A DNA stretch of 64,000 bases from Parcubacteria group bacterium Gr01-1014_8 (GCA_007376385.1 VMGC01000005.1:1-64000), one strand, 5' to 3'. Positions 19,401-29,731 are shown, counted from the first letter of the stretch. Notes: generated from the letters alone by a model not told the origin. Made by a program: numbers and translations.

Positions 19401-19615
19401 CGTTCCTCGGATACGGTGCTGCGCACTCGCTCCGCGAAATTCTCACCATCAAATCAGACGACATCCTGGGAAGAAGCGCGGCATTCGATGCTATCGTCTC
19501 GGGAGAGCGAATATTGGAGACGAACACGCCAGCTACATTCAATGTTTTGGTCAGACATTTGCGGGGCCTCGGCATCGATATCGAATTCAGAGATGGCGAC
19601 AGCGTTGCCAGGTAA
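16433..19615 (+). CDS. rpoB: DNA-directed RNA polymerase subunit beta (short, 1060 aa)
   Basis: Conserved RpoB blocks throughout. Confidence 0.95.
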   Translation: MAKAKHVRPQKYFSRFKKPLVELPNLVESQLESFRQFVEGGAEKVFREFSPISDHSQKKFELKLTKFTFGAVRWDEHYAKRTMRTYEAPLSMVAKLKNKTTGEEREQEIFLADFPWMTVHGTFIINGVERIVVPQLARSYGVFFESVPYKGKNYFAAKIIPARGVWIEIESDADGGMYVKIDRKRRFPVTSLLRVLGLASDKEMLARFDRSPSAKEAVTNTLVHDTAKTVEEACVEIYRRLRDGDIATPDSAREHVASILSPERYDLSRVGRFHFNRRFDLPVTEKHLAESALTQDDIVRIVSNIAELNVNPVAQPDDIDHLGFRRVRFVGELLEQRMRIGLSRMKRNIQDRMAMVDAETVLPVQFVNPRPFQASIREFFTTDQLSQLMQQYNTLDEIEHLRTLSTLGRGGLTSERAGLEVRDVHASHYGRVCPIHTPEGKNIGLVLHMSLFARPNEFGIIETPYAKVEKGKVTKEIVYINAIEEERYAIAHAATKRDEDGKILEKHVEVRKGGEPLLVERTDVDFMEVATNQPFSVATSLIPFVENDDANRALMGSNMQKQAVPLVVPEAPVVATGIEAEAARDSGRLTLAEDAGEVIYADARLIKVKNSDGKTKDYELVNFSRTNGFTTFHQRPAVHVGDPVKRGAVLADASTSVGGQLAIGQNVRVAFLPWFGANYEDAIVISERLAKDARFTSIHMEEFICVVRDTKLGPEVTTHDIPNVSEFKLRNLDEEGIIRIGAEVRPGDILVGKVTPKGETQLTPEERLLHAIFGEKAKDVKDTSLRMDGGKRGRVVGVKVFSRETGDQLESGVIKRVHVEVAQLRTVSVGDKLAGRHGNKGVISRVLPEEDMPYDTDGNPVDIILTPLGVPSRMNLGQILELHLGLAANTLGYQAIVPSFAGATEEEIREELKKAGFDETGKFTLFDGRTGEAFAQPVSVGVMYMLKLHHMVEDKIHMRSIGPYSLTTQQPLGGKAQNGGQRVGEMEVWAFLGYGAAHSLREILTIKSDDILGRSAAFDAIVSGERILETNTPATFNVLVRHLRGLGIDIEFRDGDSVAR

Positions 19616-19639
19616 TTTACTCACGATACATAAAACACT

Positions 19640-22600
19640 ATGCAAAAGAAAAAAGACATGATCCCGCAGAACTTCGATTCCGTTGCGATGCGGCTCGCTT
19701 CGCCGGATAGGATGCTCGACTGGTCATATGGTGAGATAACGAAACCGGAGACCATCAACTACCGAACACAGCGTCCGGAAAAGAACGGACTCTTTGACGA
19801 AAGGGTATTCGGTCCGGAAAAAGACTACGAATGTTACTGCGGCAAGTATCGCGGCATCAGATTCCGCGGCATCGTGTGCGAAAAGTGCGGCGTCGAGATA
19901 ACTCGTGCTATCGTCCGCCGGGAACGGATGGGCCACATCGATCTTGCAACACCCATAGCACACATTTGGTTCCTTCGCGGTATTCCCTCGCGCATCGCGC
20001 TTATGCTCGGTCTCTCTGCCGCCGATGTCGAGAAAGTTGTCTATTTTGCCGGATACATAGTTACGCAAGTAGAAGAACAAGAACGCGCACGGCTCCTCAA
20101 GGACCTCGAACAAGAGTTCAAGGCAAAGACGGCATCCGCGAACGCGGAAGAGAAGACCCGTTTGAAGGACCTCGTTCTCAAGGCAAAGAAAGAGATCGAG
20201 TCCATCCAGCACGGCGTTGTCTTGGACGAGGCTGCGTACCACTTATATGCAGTTAAGTACGGCGCGATGTTCCGCGCTCAAATAGGCGCGGAAGCATTGT
20301 ACAATATTTTAAAAAAGATAGAGCTCTCGAAACTCATCAAAGAATTAAAAGGCCTCTATGAGAACTCTCCGGCAGCAGAACGAGACAAGCTCCGCAAGCG
20401 CCTTGCGCTTGCGGAAGCATTGGAGCGGGCGAATGTCCGGCCGGAGTGGATGTTCATGACGAGGCTTCCTGTAGTGCCTCCGGCGCTCCGACCCATGGTC
20501 GCGCTCGAAGGCGGCCGCCACGCGTCATCTGACCTCAACGACCTCTACAGACGCGTCATCAACAGAAACAACCGCTTGAAAAGACTCCAGGCGATCCACG
20601 CGCCGGAAGTCATCCTCCGCAACGAAAAGCGAATTCTGCAGGAAGCGGTGGACGCGCTCCTCGACAACTCCATGCGACGAGGCGCAGGCGTACTTGGTAT
20701 TCTTGGCGGCCGAAGGCGCGCGCTCAAATCTCTCGCAGATTACTTGAAGGGAAAGCATGGGTACCTCCGTCAGAACCTTCTCGGTAAACGCGTAGACTAC
20801 TCCGGCCGTTCCGTCATCGTGGTGGGCCCTGACTTGGCGCTCGATGAATGCGGCCTCCCCAAACACATGGTGCTCGAGTTGTTCCGTCCGTTTGTTATTG
20901 CCGGACTCCTCGCGCGCGAGCACGCATACAACATCCGCGGCGCGGGCCGTCTCATTGAAGACGAAGCGCCAGAAGTGTGGCCAATCCTCGAAGACGCTAT
21001 CAAAGGCAAGTACGTTCTCTTGAACCGAGCACCGACGCTTCATCGACAATCCATCCAAGCATTCAAGCCGGTTCTTATCGAAGGCAATGCTATTCAGGTC
21101 CATCCGCTCGTCTGTCCCGCGTACAACGCAGACTTCGACGGAGACGCGATGGCTGTCCACGTGCCGCTTTCTGAAGAGGCGCAGATGGAAGCTGCGCAGA
21201 TAATGTCGGCGAACAAGAACGTCTTGAAGCCGGGCTCTGGCGATGTTGTCGTTGCGTCAAAACTTCTCGACATCGTTCTCGGATGTTACTGGATGACGCG
21301 CGCAGTACCGAAGGCGAAGGGCGAGGGGAGTGCATTCCCTTCTACGAACGCCGCAATTACTGCATATGACTTCAAGGCAATTGACCTCCGCGCGCTTATC
21401 AAAGTTCTTCCATCCGACAGCAAGAAATATACGCAGTTCGGCAGAAAAGTATTCGAGACAACCGTCGGCCGGCTTCTCTTCAACTCGGTGCTTCCAAGCG
21501 ATTTTCCGTATATGAACGAAGAGATAACTAACAAGCGAATGTCGGCTCTCGTTCACAACCTCGTGAATCATTACTCGCTCGACGGTATTCCCGCTATTCT
21601 CGACAAAATAAAAGCATTCGGCTTCCGCTACGCGACCCACGCAGGTATCACGTGGTCGATCTCCGATGTGACAATTCCTGAAGCAAAAGAGCAGCTCGTC
21701 AAAGACGGCCTTGCGGCGGTCACAAAGGAGCGCGAGAACTATGAGAACGGACTCCTCACCGATGATGAGCGAAAGCGAATGACCATCGAGATATGGGGCA
21801 AGGTATCAACCGACCTGCGAAAGCACGTCTTGGAAACTCTTGACCCGCAAGGTCCGGTGCACAACATGATAACTTCCGGTGCCCGTGGTTCCGCGGTCCA
21901 GCTTCACCAGATGGTCGGTATGAAAGGGCTCATTACGAACCCGAGAGGAGAGATCATCGAGTTCCCTATCACTTCGTCTCTGAAAGAAGGGCTCACACCT
22001 ATCGAATACTTCATCTCAACACACGGCGCCAGAAAAGGTCTTGCCGACACCGCGCTCAACACTGCGCGAGCCGGGTATCTGACCCGCCGACTCTTCGATG
22101 TCGCTCATGACGTTGTTACTCTTGAAGACGACTGCGGCACCAAGGAAGGCGTGGTTATTCGACGACCAGGCAAGGAGAATATCGGCGGCTCGTTCGCAGA
22201 AAGGCTTACAGGACGCGTCCTTGCTGAAGAGATCTCTGCAGGAAAGACGACATTAAAACGCGGGCATCTTTTAAATCTTGACGACGCACAAACGATCGAA
22301 GCAGGCGATGCGAAAGAGGCCAATGTCCGCTCTCCGATGACATGCAAGGTCTATCGAGGAGTGTGTCAGAAATGCTACGGAACAGACCTTACAACCGGAG
22401 AAATGGTTGACCTTGGCGAGGCAGTCGGTGTTATCGCAGCTCAAGCTATCGGAGAACCGGGTACTCAGCTCACGATGCGTACCTTCCACACGGGAGGTGT
22501 CGCAACGGCAGGCGGAGACATCACCATGGGACTTCCACGAGTTGAAGAGGTCTTTGAGAGCCGCATGCCGAAACTTCCAGCGACCATTGCGCGAGTTGCC

Positions 22601-23326
22601 GGCGTTGTTGGTGACATCATCCGCGATGGTTCTGAATATGTTGTAACGATTCTTCCTTCAGAAGTGTCCTCGAAATCAGGAAAAGCTGCAAAGAAGGAAA
22701 CGGAATACAGAATTCATCCTGCTCGAACACTCCTCGTAAAACAAGGCGCGGCAGTCGAGAAGGGAGACTTCCTCACGGACGGCTCAGCTGATATCGAAGA
22801 GTTGTTCTTGCTCGCAGGCAAGGAAACTACGCAGCAGTACATCATCAACGAAATTACGCGCATCTATGAATTGCAGGGTGTTTCCACGGCGCGAAAGCAC
22901 TTGGAGATCATCGTCAAGCAGATGTTCTCTCGAATGTCCGTCATTTCGACAGGCGACACGCGAGTGTCCGCAGGCGACATAATCGCAGACTTCGAATTCG
23001 ATCGCATGAACCGCGAGATGAAGGCGGCAGATAAGGAGCCGGCGAAGGGCAAGCAACTCCTTCTTGGTATTACGGAAGTATCTCTCACCCGTGCATCCTT
23101 CCTCTCGGCTATCTCATTCCAAAACACGCCGAGGAAGCTCGCAGAAGCCGCTGTTTCAGGTGCAGTGGACCGGCTTGTCGGCCTTAAGGAGAACGTCATC
23201 ATCGGCAGACTCATCCCTGCAGGCACCGGATTCAAAGGCAGCAAGAAACACGCGATGATAACCGACTTGCAGAACAAACTCGCATCGCAAATACCGGAAG
23301 AGGGCGTACCGGAGGCGAAGGCATAA
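19640..23326 (+). CDS. rpoC: DNA-directed RNA polymerase subunit beta'
   Basis: Zn-finger CGKYRGIRFRGIVCEKCGVE; NADFDGD catalytic motif. Confidence 0.95.
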   Translation: MQKKKDMIPQNFDSVAMRLASPDRMLDWSYGEITKPETINYRTQRPEKNGLFDERVFGPEKDYECYCGKYRGIRFRGIVCEKCGVEITRAIVRRERMGHIDLATPIAHIWFLRGIPSRIALMLGLSAADVEKVVYFAGYIVTQVEEQERARLLKDLEQEFKAKTASANAEEKTRLKDLVLKAKKEIESIQHGVVLDEAAYHLYAVKYGAMFRAQIGAEALYNILKKIELSKLIKELKGLYENSPAAERDKLRKRLALAEALERANVRPEWMFMTRLPVVPPALRPMVALEGGRHASSDLNDLYRRVINRNNRLKRLQAIHAPEVILRNEKRILQEAVDALLDNSMRRGAGVLGILGGRRRALKSLADYLKGKHGYLRQNLLGKRVDYSGRSVIVVGPDLALDECGLPKHMVLELFRPFVIAGLLAREHAYNIRGAGRLIEDEAPEVWPILEDAIKGKYVLLNRAPTLHRQSIQAFKPVLIEGNAIQVHPLVCPAYNADFDGDAMAVHVPLSEEAQMEAAQIMSANKNVLKPGSGDVVVASKLLDIVLGCYWMTRAVPKAKGEGSAFPSTNAAITAYDFKAIDLRALIKVLPSDSKKYTQFGRKVFETTVGRLLFNSVLPSDFPYMNEEITNKRMSALVHNLVNHYSLDGIPAILDKIKAFGFRYATHAGITWSISDVTIPEAKEQLVKDGLAAVTKERENYENGLLTDDERKRMTIEIWGKVSTDLRKHVLETLDPQGPVHNMITSGARGSAVQLHQMVGMKGLITNPRGEIIEFPITSSLKEGLTPIEYFISTHGARKGLADTALNTARAGYLTRRLFDVAHDVVTLEDDCGTKEGVVIRRPGKENIGGSFAERLTGRVLAEEISAGKTTLKRGHLLNLDDAQTIEAGDAKEANVRSPMTCKVYRGVCQKCYGTDLTTGEMVDLGEAVGVIAAQAIGEPGTQLTMRTFHTGGVATAGGDITMGLPRVEEVFESRMPKLPATIARVAGVVGDIIRDGSEYVVTILPSEVSSKSGKAAKKETEYRIHPARTLLVKQGAAVEKGDFLTDGSADIEELFLLAGKETTQQYIINEITRIYELQGVSTARKHLEIIVKQMFSRMSVISTGDTRVSAGDIIADFEFDRMNREMKAADKEPAKGKQLLLGITEVSLTRASFLSAISFQNTPRKLAEAAVSGAVDRLVGLKENVIIGRLIPAGTGFKGSKKHAMITDLQNKLASQIPEEGVPEAKA

Positions 23327-23329
23327 CGA

Positions 23330-23373
23330 AAATAAACTACCGCTCGGCAAGCTGGCGCGGTAGTTTATTTTTG
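23330..23373 (+). terminator. Rho-independent terminator after rpoC (14-bp stem AAATAAACTACCGC/GCGGTAGTTTATTT + T-run)
   Basis: Perfect stem followed by TTTATTTTT. Confidence 0.65.
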
Positions 23374-23557
23374 AGAACCGTCGGTTCTCAACGCTCGCTA
23401 GGGCTCGCTGCTCTCCTCCACGGGGAACCGGGCGCGGTTCCCCGACCCCCTCCACGCTTTGCGCATTCATCCCCGCAGCAAGCTGGCGGGGAATTCTGCG
23501 CAAAGATTAAAAAGGAATAGATTGGGATGTGTAATCATCTTCGCGTATGATTACGGC

Positions 23558-25264
23558 ATGGCTGATACGGTACAACAGATCAAGGATAGGCTTTCAATAC
23601 AAGATGTAGTTTCTGGATATGTGAAGCTTGAGCGTGCAGGTTCGTCAATGCGCGCGCGATGCCCCTTTCATGCCGAGCGCACGCCGTCATTTCATGTGTC
23701 GCCGGAGCGGGGGACGTACCATTGTTTTGGATGCGGCGTCGGCGGGGACATTTTCTCATTTGTTCAGGCTATCGAAGGTGTTGATTTCAAAGGCGCGCTG
23801 AGAATTCTCGCAGAACGCGCTGGCGTGAAAATAGAATATCGGGGGGGCAGGAAGGAAGACAGAGATGACAAAGACAGATTATTTGAAGTGTTAGATGCGG
23901 CGACTATTTTTTACCAGTCACAGTTGAATGATACGGCTCGCGAGTATCTGAAGAAGCGGGGCGTCAATGATGAGACCATAAGATCATTCAGGCTCGGCTG
24001 GGCGGGAGATGCGTGGAGCGACGCATCTGACTTTTTAAAACAGAAGAAATTTACCGAGCGGGAGATCCTGGATGCGGGACTTGCGAAGAAAAATGAGAAG
24101 GGAAATCTGACCGACAAATTCCGGAATCGTATCGTGTTTCCTATCGCAGACAGCGCGGGGCGCATCATTGGATTCTCCGGACGGACATTCGGCGAGAAAG
24201 CGTCGCCGGAAGCGCCGAAGTATTTGAATTCGCCAGAGACGCCGCTCTTTCAGAAATCGAAGGTTCTCTATGGATTCGACCGAGCAAAGCAGTCTATCCG
24301 AAAGCACAATTTTGCTGTGCTTGTGGAAGGGCAGATGGACCTGCTTTTAAGCCATCAAGCGGGATGGGGGAATACGGTGGCTGTATCCGGCACCGCATTC
24401 ACGTCGCAGCACGCAACGCTTGTTCACCGCATGGCTGAGAACCTCGTTATTGCACTCGATTCTGACCAGGCAGGCATTAAGGCGGCGGGAAAGGCGGCGC
24501 GGGCGGCGCTCGCGGCGGGTCTCAACGTGAAAGTAGCTGCGCTTCCGTCGGATACCGACCCTGCGGACCTTATCCTCAAGGAAGGGGCCGAAGCGTGGAA
24601 AACCGCAATTCGTGAAGCGAAAGATATCATCACGTTCCTGCTTGATGTGCTGCAAAAACACGCGCCAATGCGGGATAAATTCAGACGCGCGGTTGAGACG
24701 ATAGTCTTGCCGTTTCTCTCTGATGTGCAAAGTCCAATCGCTCGCGAACAATATCTACGCGAGATAGCACAGCGGCTCGGAGTGTCCGAGTCGGCAGTGT
24801 CAGAAGCGCTTGCGAAAGTGCCAGTCTCACCGGAGTTTTCACCAGGCGGGGCGAATATAGAAACGCAGCCGAAAAAGAATGCGAACATTTCCGACAGAGC
24901 GCGAAATGCGTTCGCTCTCTTGTTGTGGCAGGCATCTCTCCCAAAGCCTGTTTTAGATGTTGATGCATACGAGAATGAGTTGATACATTCGATAGGAAAA
25001 GAAGAATTAAAGAAATTACAGACGCTCTCGACGGAAGAACAGGAATCTCTGCGTTTTCTTGCGGGAGAGCGATTCGGTAAAAGTCTGAGCGTGAAGCGCG
25101 AAGCAAAAACACTGCTGGACGTGTTGTTGAAAGAACGGCTCTCCAATGAGCTTCGCGAAGTGACGGAAGCATTGAAGGAGGCGGAAGCAGCAGGCAACGA
25201 GGAAGCGATGGAAGATTTTATAGAACGTTGCAGAATATTGACGTCAGAAATTGCAAAGCTCTAG
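23558..25264 (+). CDS. dnaG: DNA primase
   Basis: CHC2 zinc finger CPFHAERTPSFHV…CFGCG; TOPRIM region. Start at MADTVQQ. Confidence 0.85.
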   Translation: MADTVQQIKDRLSIQDVVSGYVKLERAGSSMRARCPFHAERTPSFHVSPERGTYHCFGCGVGGDIFSFVQAIEGVDFKGALRILAERAGVKIEYRGGRKEDRDDKDRLFEVLDAATIFYQSQLNDTAREYLKKRGVNDETIRSFRLGWAGDAWSDASDFLKQKKFTEREILDAGLAKKNEKGNLTDKFRNRIVFPIADSAGRIIGFSGRTFGEKASPEAPKYLNSPETPLFQKSKVLYGFDRAKQSIRKHNFAVLVEGQMDLLLSHQAGWGNTVAVSGTAFTSQHATLVHRMAENLVIALDSDQAGIKAAGKAARAALAAGLNVKVAALPSDTDPADLILKEGAEAWKTAIREAKDIITFLLDVLQKHAPMRDKFRRAVETIVLPFLSDVQSPIAREQYLREIAQRLGVSESAVSEALAKVPVSPEFSPGGANIETQPKKNANISDRARNAFALLLWQASLPKPVLDVDAYENELIHSIGKEELKKLQTLSTEEQESLRFLAGERFGKSLSVKREAKTLLDVLLKERLSNELREVTEALKEAEAAGNEEAMEDFIERCRILTSEIAKL

Positions 25265-25441
25265 GAAAGAGGAGTTGATGAGGCGCGACTTGTGCACATT
25301 TTATCCTCACGATATCCCCGAAAACCGTTCACAGAAAAATTTGCCAACATCTTCGACTCGGTGTAAAGTGCCTAGTTCGCTCCGCTTTAGGGCGGAGTTT
25401 GTGCTGTCGTCTCGATTTTTCATACAAAATACATACAAAAT

Positions 25442-26665
25442 ATGGCAAAATATAGCAAAAAAAAGAAGAGTCCGCCGAAGCGCAAAAAGGCGCAAAAGGC
25501 TAGACATAAGAAAGTGGCCCCTCCAAAACTCCCGGCAAAGAGGATAAAGACTCCTCCGCACAATCTGAGAAACATGAAGAAAGTGGCGGGCAAGCACGGC
25601 AACAAAGTCGAAGCGCTTATCGTGCTTGGGCGTGAACGCGGTTACATTACATTTGACGAGATCCTACGCGAATTTCCGACAATAGAGGACAACGTTGTTC
25701 TTCTTGAAGAGATGTACGAGCGATTCGGCACAGCCGGCATTGATGTCTTGGAAAGCGGCAATATGCTCGAAGAGGGGCAGGGCGAAGATGTGTTGGAGAA
25801 GAAAAAACTTCAGCACCGCCGCTCGGACAGTTCGTACGATTCTGTGCAGATGTACCTTCGCGAAATCGGCCAGTACCCGCTGTTGAATGCTCTCCAGGAA
25901 AGAGAGCTGGCGAAACGCATCATCGCGGAAGACGATGAAGCGCGAAGCATTCTCGCTCGCTCGAACCTCCGGCTTGTCGTTTCTATCGCAAAGAAGTACG
26001 TGAACCGCTCTCCGGACCTGACGCTTCTCGACTTGATCCAAGAAGGAAACCTCGGTCTCTTTAAGGCCGTGGACAAATTCGATCACACAAAAGGATACAA
26101 ATTCTCGACGTATGCGACTTGGTGGATTCGCCAAGCTATCACTCGAGCCCTCGCCGACCAGAGCCGCACTATCCGTATTCCAGTGCACATGGTGGAAACT
26201 ATCGCGAAGTACAAGCAAAAAGTGCGCGAACTCTCCCAGCACCTCGGCCGCGACCCGCTTCCGGAAGAAATCGCCGCAGAAATGGGTACAGAAGTAGATA
26301 AGATCTATACAATACAGAAAATCTCGCAGGACACGGTCTCTCTTGAGAGCCCAGTTGGTGAGGACGACGACGAGCGTTCCACGCTTGGCAGTTTTATCGC
26401 AGACGAAACAATCGCAACGCCAGACCAAGACTCTTCGCGACGTATCCTTTCTGAACAAATGGGAGCGATTTTGGAAGAACTTTCACCCAAGGAGAGAAAA
26501 ATCCTTGAGATGCGCAATGGACTTGTTGAAGACGGCGTGTGCTACACACTCGAGGAAGTCGGAAGGGAATTCGGCGTTACTCGTGAGCGTATTCGACAAA
26601 TTGAGGCAAAAGCATTAGAGCGCATTCGTCTCCACGAACGTGCCAAGCAACTCCGTAGTTATTAG
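25442..26665 (+). CDS. rpoD: RNA polymerase primary sigma factor (sigma-70) with Lys-rich N-terminal extension
   Basis: Regions 1.2, 2 ([18 protein letters not shown]), 3 and 4 ([20 protein letters not shown]). Confidence 0.9.
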   Translation: MAKYSKKKKSPPKRKKAQKARHKKVAPPKLPAKRIKTPPHNLRNMKKVAGKHGNKVEALIVLGRERGYITFDEILREFPTIEDNVVLLEEMYERFGTAGIDVLESGNMLEEGQGEDVLEKKKLQHRRSDSSYDSVQMYLREIGQYPLLNALQERELAKRIIAEDDEARSILARSNLRLVVSIAKKYVNRSPDLTLLDLIQEGNLGLFKAVDKFDHTKGYKFSTYATWWIRQAITRALADQSRTIRIPVHMVETIAKYKQKVRELSQHLGRDPLPEEIAAEMGTEVDKIYTIQKISQDTVSLESPVGEDDDERSTLGSFIADETIATPDQDSSRRILSEQMGAILEELSPKERKILEMRNGLVEDGVCYTLEEVGREFGVTRERIRQIEAKALERIRLHERAKQLRSY

Positions 26666-26684
26666 CGCCTCCGGCGGGAGAGAT

Positions 26685-26803
26685 ATTAGGCGTGCCGAGG
26701 GATTGCCTTTTTCGGGTCGCTGTCTGCGCGTGCTCGCGCAGCGCTCACTCTCGCGCCGTCGCGCTGCGAGAGACCCTCACAAGGCAATCCCTCTCGGCCT
26801 AAT
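26685..26803. terminator. Long imperfect inverted repeat (ATTAGGCGTGCCGAGGGATTGCCTT … AAGGCAATCCCTCTCGGCCTAAT) enclosing a GC-rich, internally palindromic 70 nt between convergent rpoD and a membrane-protein gene. Putative bidirectional terminator or structured element.
   Basis: Read from sequence. Confidence 0.4.
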
Positions 26804-26828
26804 GGGAAAGAGAGAAAAATAAAAGTAG

Positions 26829-27572
26829 TTATATAAGTTCTAGCTGCGCTAGAGAGAGAAGAAGAATAATCAACGTCAAGGCATACGTGATGGAGTAATT
26901 ACGAAGTGCAATCCAGTTTTCTGCCGGAGATACTACAAGTTTTTGTTTAAGTAGGTTGTCGGGCATGGGGCCACCGTAATGCGTTGGGTCGGCAATTCTC
27001 TCGAATAGGAATGTCGGGATGTACTCTCCAGAAAAATTAAACATTATGGTCTTTTCTTCATGCATTTTTTGGTGACTCAGCTCTATGTCCCCTGCTCCTG
27101 GTTCACCTCCAAGGAAGCAACCTTCGTCAATGGGAATTTCAATAGAATTAAAAAAGACGACGCTAAACTTTGAATAATATTCTCTGAATTCTTGCTCGGA
27201 GTTTCTGTCGTTCTGTAAGGGGATAATTCGTACTGAGAGGACAATTTTTCTTCCGGCAATGAAACCACCTCTTGCTGTAGGTCCAATTCGAAGTGGAATA
27301 CCGGGTTGTCGATTACCAGTAATGCTCACAACCCAACTTTGTTGAACGCGAGGCACAAAAAAACCGGTCATCGCGAGCAATGCCCAAAAAATCAGCAGAA
27401 AAACTATATAAATGCCCGTATCGATTCCAAGGGAATCTTGAGAATTAGCATAAATGAGCAACCCAGCTGATGCTGCAAAGATGAATTCGAAACCAGCAGT
27501 ACGCGACAAGTCATATCTGAAAAAAGTCTTTATCTGACGTGATAGGTTATCTTTGATTTCCCAACCGGTCAT
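26829..27572 (-). CDS. Hypothetical membrane protein (247 aa)
   Basis: Two or more predicted TM segments; no recognisable domain. Confidence 0.4.
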   Translation of the reverse strand: MTGWEIKDNLSRQIKTFFRYDLSRTAGFEFIFAASAGLLIYANSQDSLGIDTGIYIVFLLIFWALLAMTGFFVPRVQQSWVVSITGNRQPGIPLRIGPTARGGFIAGRKIVLSVRIIPLQNDRNSEQEFREYYSKFSVVFFNSIEIPIDEGCFLGGEPGAGDIELSHQKMHEEKTIMFNFSGEYIPTFLFERIADPTHYGGPMPDNLLKQKLVVSPAENWIALRNYSITYALTLIILLLSLAQLELI

Positions 27573-27597
27573 ATGCGCAGCAATCCTACACTTCGAA

Positions 27598-27611
27598 CAA
27601 GGGGAGTCAAC
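27598..27611 (-). promoter_or_regulatory. GTTGACTCCCCTTG motif copy 1 (-35 TTGACT, 16 nt, TAGGAT; ATG ~7 nt after the -10, so leaderless)
   Basis: Plus strand reads CAAGGGGAGTCAAC. Confidence 0.45.
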
Positions 27612-27628
27612 TTGCGATAAATACCGCT

Positions 27629-28564
27629 CTAATTAACCACATTCGCGGGAGACCCTTCCAAAAAACTCATCATATTGCCGACAAACATTCCTTGTTTCTT
27701 TTTTCTGGCCTCTTTCGAAATATATGCCATCGGCGGGTAGATGATGCAGTTTTCGTACGGGGAAAGTTTTGCTAGGTTTTCTTTTGTCATTTCATCGGAA
27801 TGATCAAGAATAAATGTAACATCATCCTGTTTTAACCTCTCCGTCAGCGCATCAATATCAATGAGTTCCATTGGTGCTGTATTAACCACAACTGATTCCT
27901 TTTTAAGTTTTTGTAGCCTTTCTGTGCCAAAGAAACCTTCTGTCTCTGGGGTCTGCGCCAGGTTGATAGATAGGAAGTCGGCTTCGTTGATGAGCGTGTC
28001 AATGTCTTGATACTCAAAGGCCGTATCTTTCTTTTCCCGTGACCAATATTTGACCTTTGCCCCAAAGCCGCTTGCTAGCTCTGCAACTCTGCTTCCGATG
28101 CTTCCGAAACCTATGACGCCGAAAATCGAGCCTCTAATCTCTCGTGCGGCTAGACCTGCTTCAGAATAGTTGCCGGTTCTTCCTCGTTGTTTGCCTGTTT
28201 CGAGATTGCGGATATGTTCCAGAATAACGGCGATTATAAACTCTGCCACAGATTCCGTGCTATATCCGGCAAGATTGGAAACAGGAATGCCTCTCTCTTT
28301 CGCATGTGCGATGTCAACTTTTCCGTATGCTGTCGCAAGTACGCCGATGTATTTCAAGTTTGGCGCGGCGTCCATCATTTCTTTTGTTATTGAAATGCCA
28401 AAATTCACGAGAAGACAATCGGCATCAGAGAGTTCTTTTAAGATGTCAGAACTGTCTTTGGGGAGGCTGATTTTTCGTTCAGTAAGCTCATCGAGCTGTT
28501 TCCAATACAAAGAGTCCAATGCGGATTCAGAGATATTGACGAGAAGCGTTTTCTGAAACTTCAT
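27629..28564 (-). CDS. D-isomer-specific 2-hydroxyacid dehydrogenase family (NAD-binding GVIGFGSIGSRVA)
   Basis: Rossmann GxGxxG and the catalytic-domain layout of D-2-hydroxyacid dehydrogenases. Confidence 0.75.
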   Translation of the reverse strand: MKFQKTLLVNISESALDSLYWKQLDELTERKISLPKDSSDILKELSDADCLLVNFGISITKEMMDAAPNLKYIGVLATAYGKVDIAHAKERGIPVSNLAGYSTESVAEFIIAVILEHIRNLETGKQRGRTGNYSEAGLAAREIRGSIFGVIGFGSIGSRVAELASGFGAKVKYWSREKKDTAFEYQDIDTLINEADFLSINLAQTPETEGFFGTERLQKLKKESVVVNTAPMELIDIDALTERLKQDDVTFILDHSDEMTKENLAKLSPYENCIIYPPMAYISKEARKKKQGMFVGNMMSFLEGSPANVVN

Positions 28565-28579
28565 GCGTAAATGTCATGC

Positions 28580-28623
28580 TATACCCCGCGAGATAAACGG
28601 TCTAGCCGTATCTCACGGGCATA
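28580..28623. repeat. IR element copy D (short hairpin form): TATACCCCGCGAGATAAACGG-tctag-CCGTATCTCACGGGCATA
   Basis: Same arm sequence as copies A/B/C/E but with a 5-nt loop instead of the ~70-nt interior; 15 nt upstream of the dehydrogenase ATG. Confidence 0.5.
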
Positions 28624-28630
28624 CCCCCGC

Positions 28631-28644
28631 CAAGGGGAGTCAAC
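28631..28644 (-). promoter_or_regulatory. GTTGACTCCCCTTG motif copy 2
   Basis: Plus strand CAAGGGGAGTCAAC; between divergent genes. Confidence 0.4.
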
Positions 28645-28672
28645 AGCGAGCTTGTAGGCTACACTTAAGCTC

Positions 28673-29665
28673 ATGGTTGAACAGTCGCGGCCAACGGGTG
28701 AGATCATAAAGGATCCCGGTAACGTCATTGAGGCGCCGGACAAAGTCATTCCGAACATAACCAATAGGTTGATTCTCGAGGAGCACGACGATCCGGTCAC
28801 GGAGCAGCAAATTGGTGACGATGTGCTCTCGTTCTCTGCGGAGAGCATAAGTCCTCTGTATTCAGATGCCCCGCGTTCGTCGATGGTTGTCATGGTGGAT
28901 CGGGGGCAGAGAAAAATCCATGAACATATGAATCGTCATGGAACGTCTCTTTATTTCGCGGACATGCATATGAGTCCGGAAACTCGCGCATTTGAACAGC
29001 GGCGAATGTTCTTGAAGATATTTTTAGGCGGAGGCAGCTCGATTGCCGCGATGAGTTCATCGTCGTTGACAAAAACTGCTCGTTATGCGGCAGGCGTGGC
29101 GATGTTCTGGTTGATGGGTCCGCGGGTGGCGCGTAATGTGATGGCATATACGTCCAGCGGCAAGCATAATGATTTTAGGACTCTGCGCGGGAAAGCGTGG
29201 AAGGCGGTCAGTAATACGCAAGAGGCACTAAATCCGGATGAGCACCGATTTACCGTGGGGCTTAGAAATTCTCTGATTTCGTATAAACATCGGGCCGCAA
29301 CTCGGCTTGCATTGGAGCGTGCCGGGAGTGACACGGCTTCGCGAAACGCTGTGCTTTCGGTTGGAGATGGCCACAATCAGATAAGCGGCATGCTGCACAC
29401 GAAAACAGACGAAGAGCTACTCGAGACGATTCGAAGGGAGTTGCAGCGACTGGTTAAGGTTGATCCGAATGACGATGAAATGTGGGCCAGTATCTCAAAT
29501 ATCCCTGAAGTCTGGTTTACCGACGGTAAAGACCCAAGAGCCCAAGCGACAATCCCGTTGATGGGAGAGCTGAAAGTGGCCGGCGGCAAAGATTTTCTTT
29601 GTTCGAAAATTCATGAGGATTCGCGGCTCTCGGCGCTGGTTCGAGAGGTCAGAAACAAGCAATAA
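28673..29665 (+). CDS. Hypothetical protein (330 aa)
   Basis: ORF only. Confidence 0.4.
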   Translation: MVEQSRPTGEIIKDPGNVIEAPDKVIPNITNRLILEEHDDPVTEQQIGDDVLSFSAESISPLYSDAPRSSMVVMVDRGQRKIHEHMNRHGTSLYFADMHMSPETRAFEQRRMFLKIFLGGGSSIAAMSSSSLTKTARYAAGVAMFWLMGPRVARNVMAYTSSGKHNDFRTLRGKAWKAVSNTQEALNPDEHRFTVGLRNSLISYKHRAATRLALERAGSDTASRNAVLSVGDGHNQISGMLHTKTDEELLETIRRELQRLVKVDPNDDEMWASISNIPEVWFTDGKDPRAQATIPLMGELKVAGGKDFLCSKIHEDSRLSALVREVRNKQ

Positions 29666-29731
29666 AAGACCACACGATAAACGCTCAAGGCGCATATAAC
29701 GGACCAGTTTTGAATTGCTATAGTTAAGCCT

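Noticed and set aside
16517-23277. Numerous 60–170-aa ORFs on both strands inside rpoB/rpoC, and similarly inside dnaE, purL and the membrane subunits
   Set aside because: They are embedded in or antisense to long, well-supported genes and are compositionally biased. Treated as noise.
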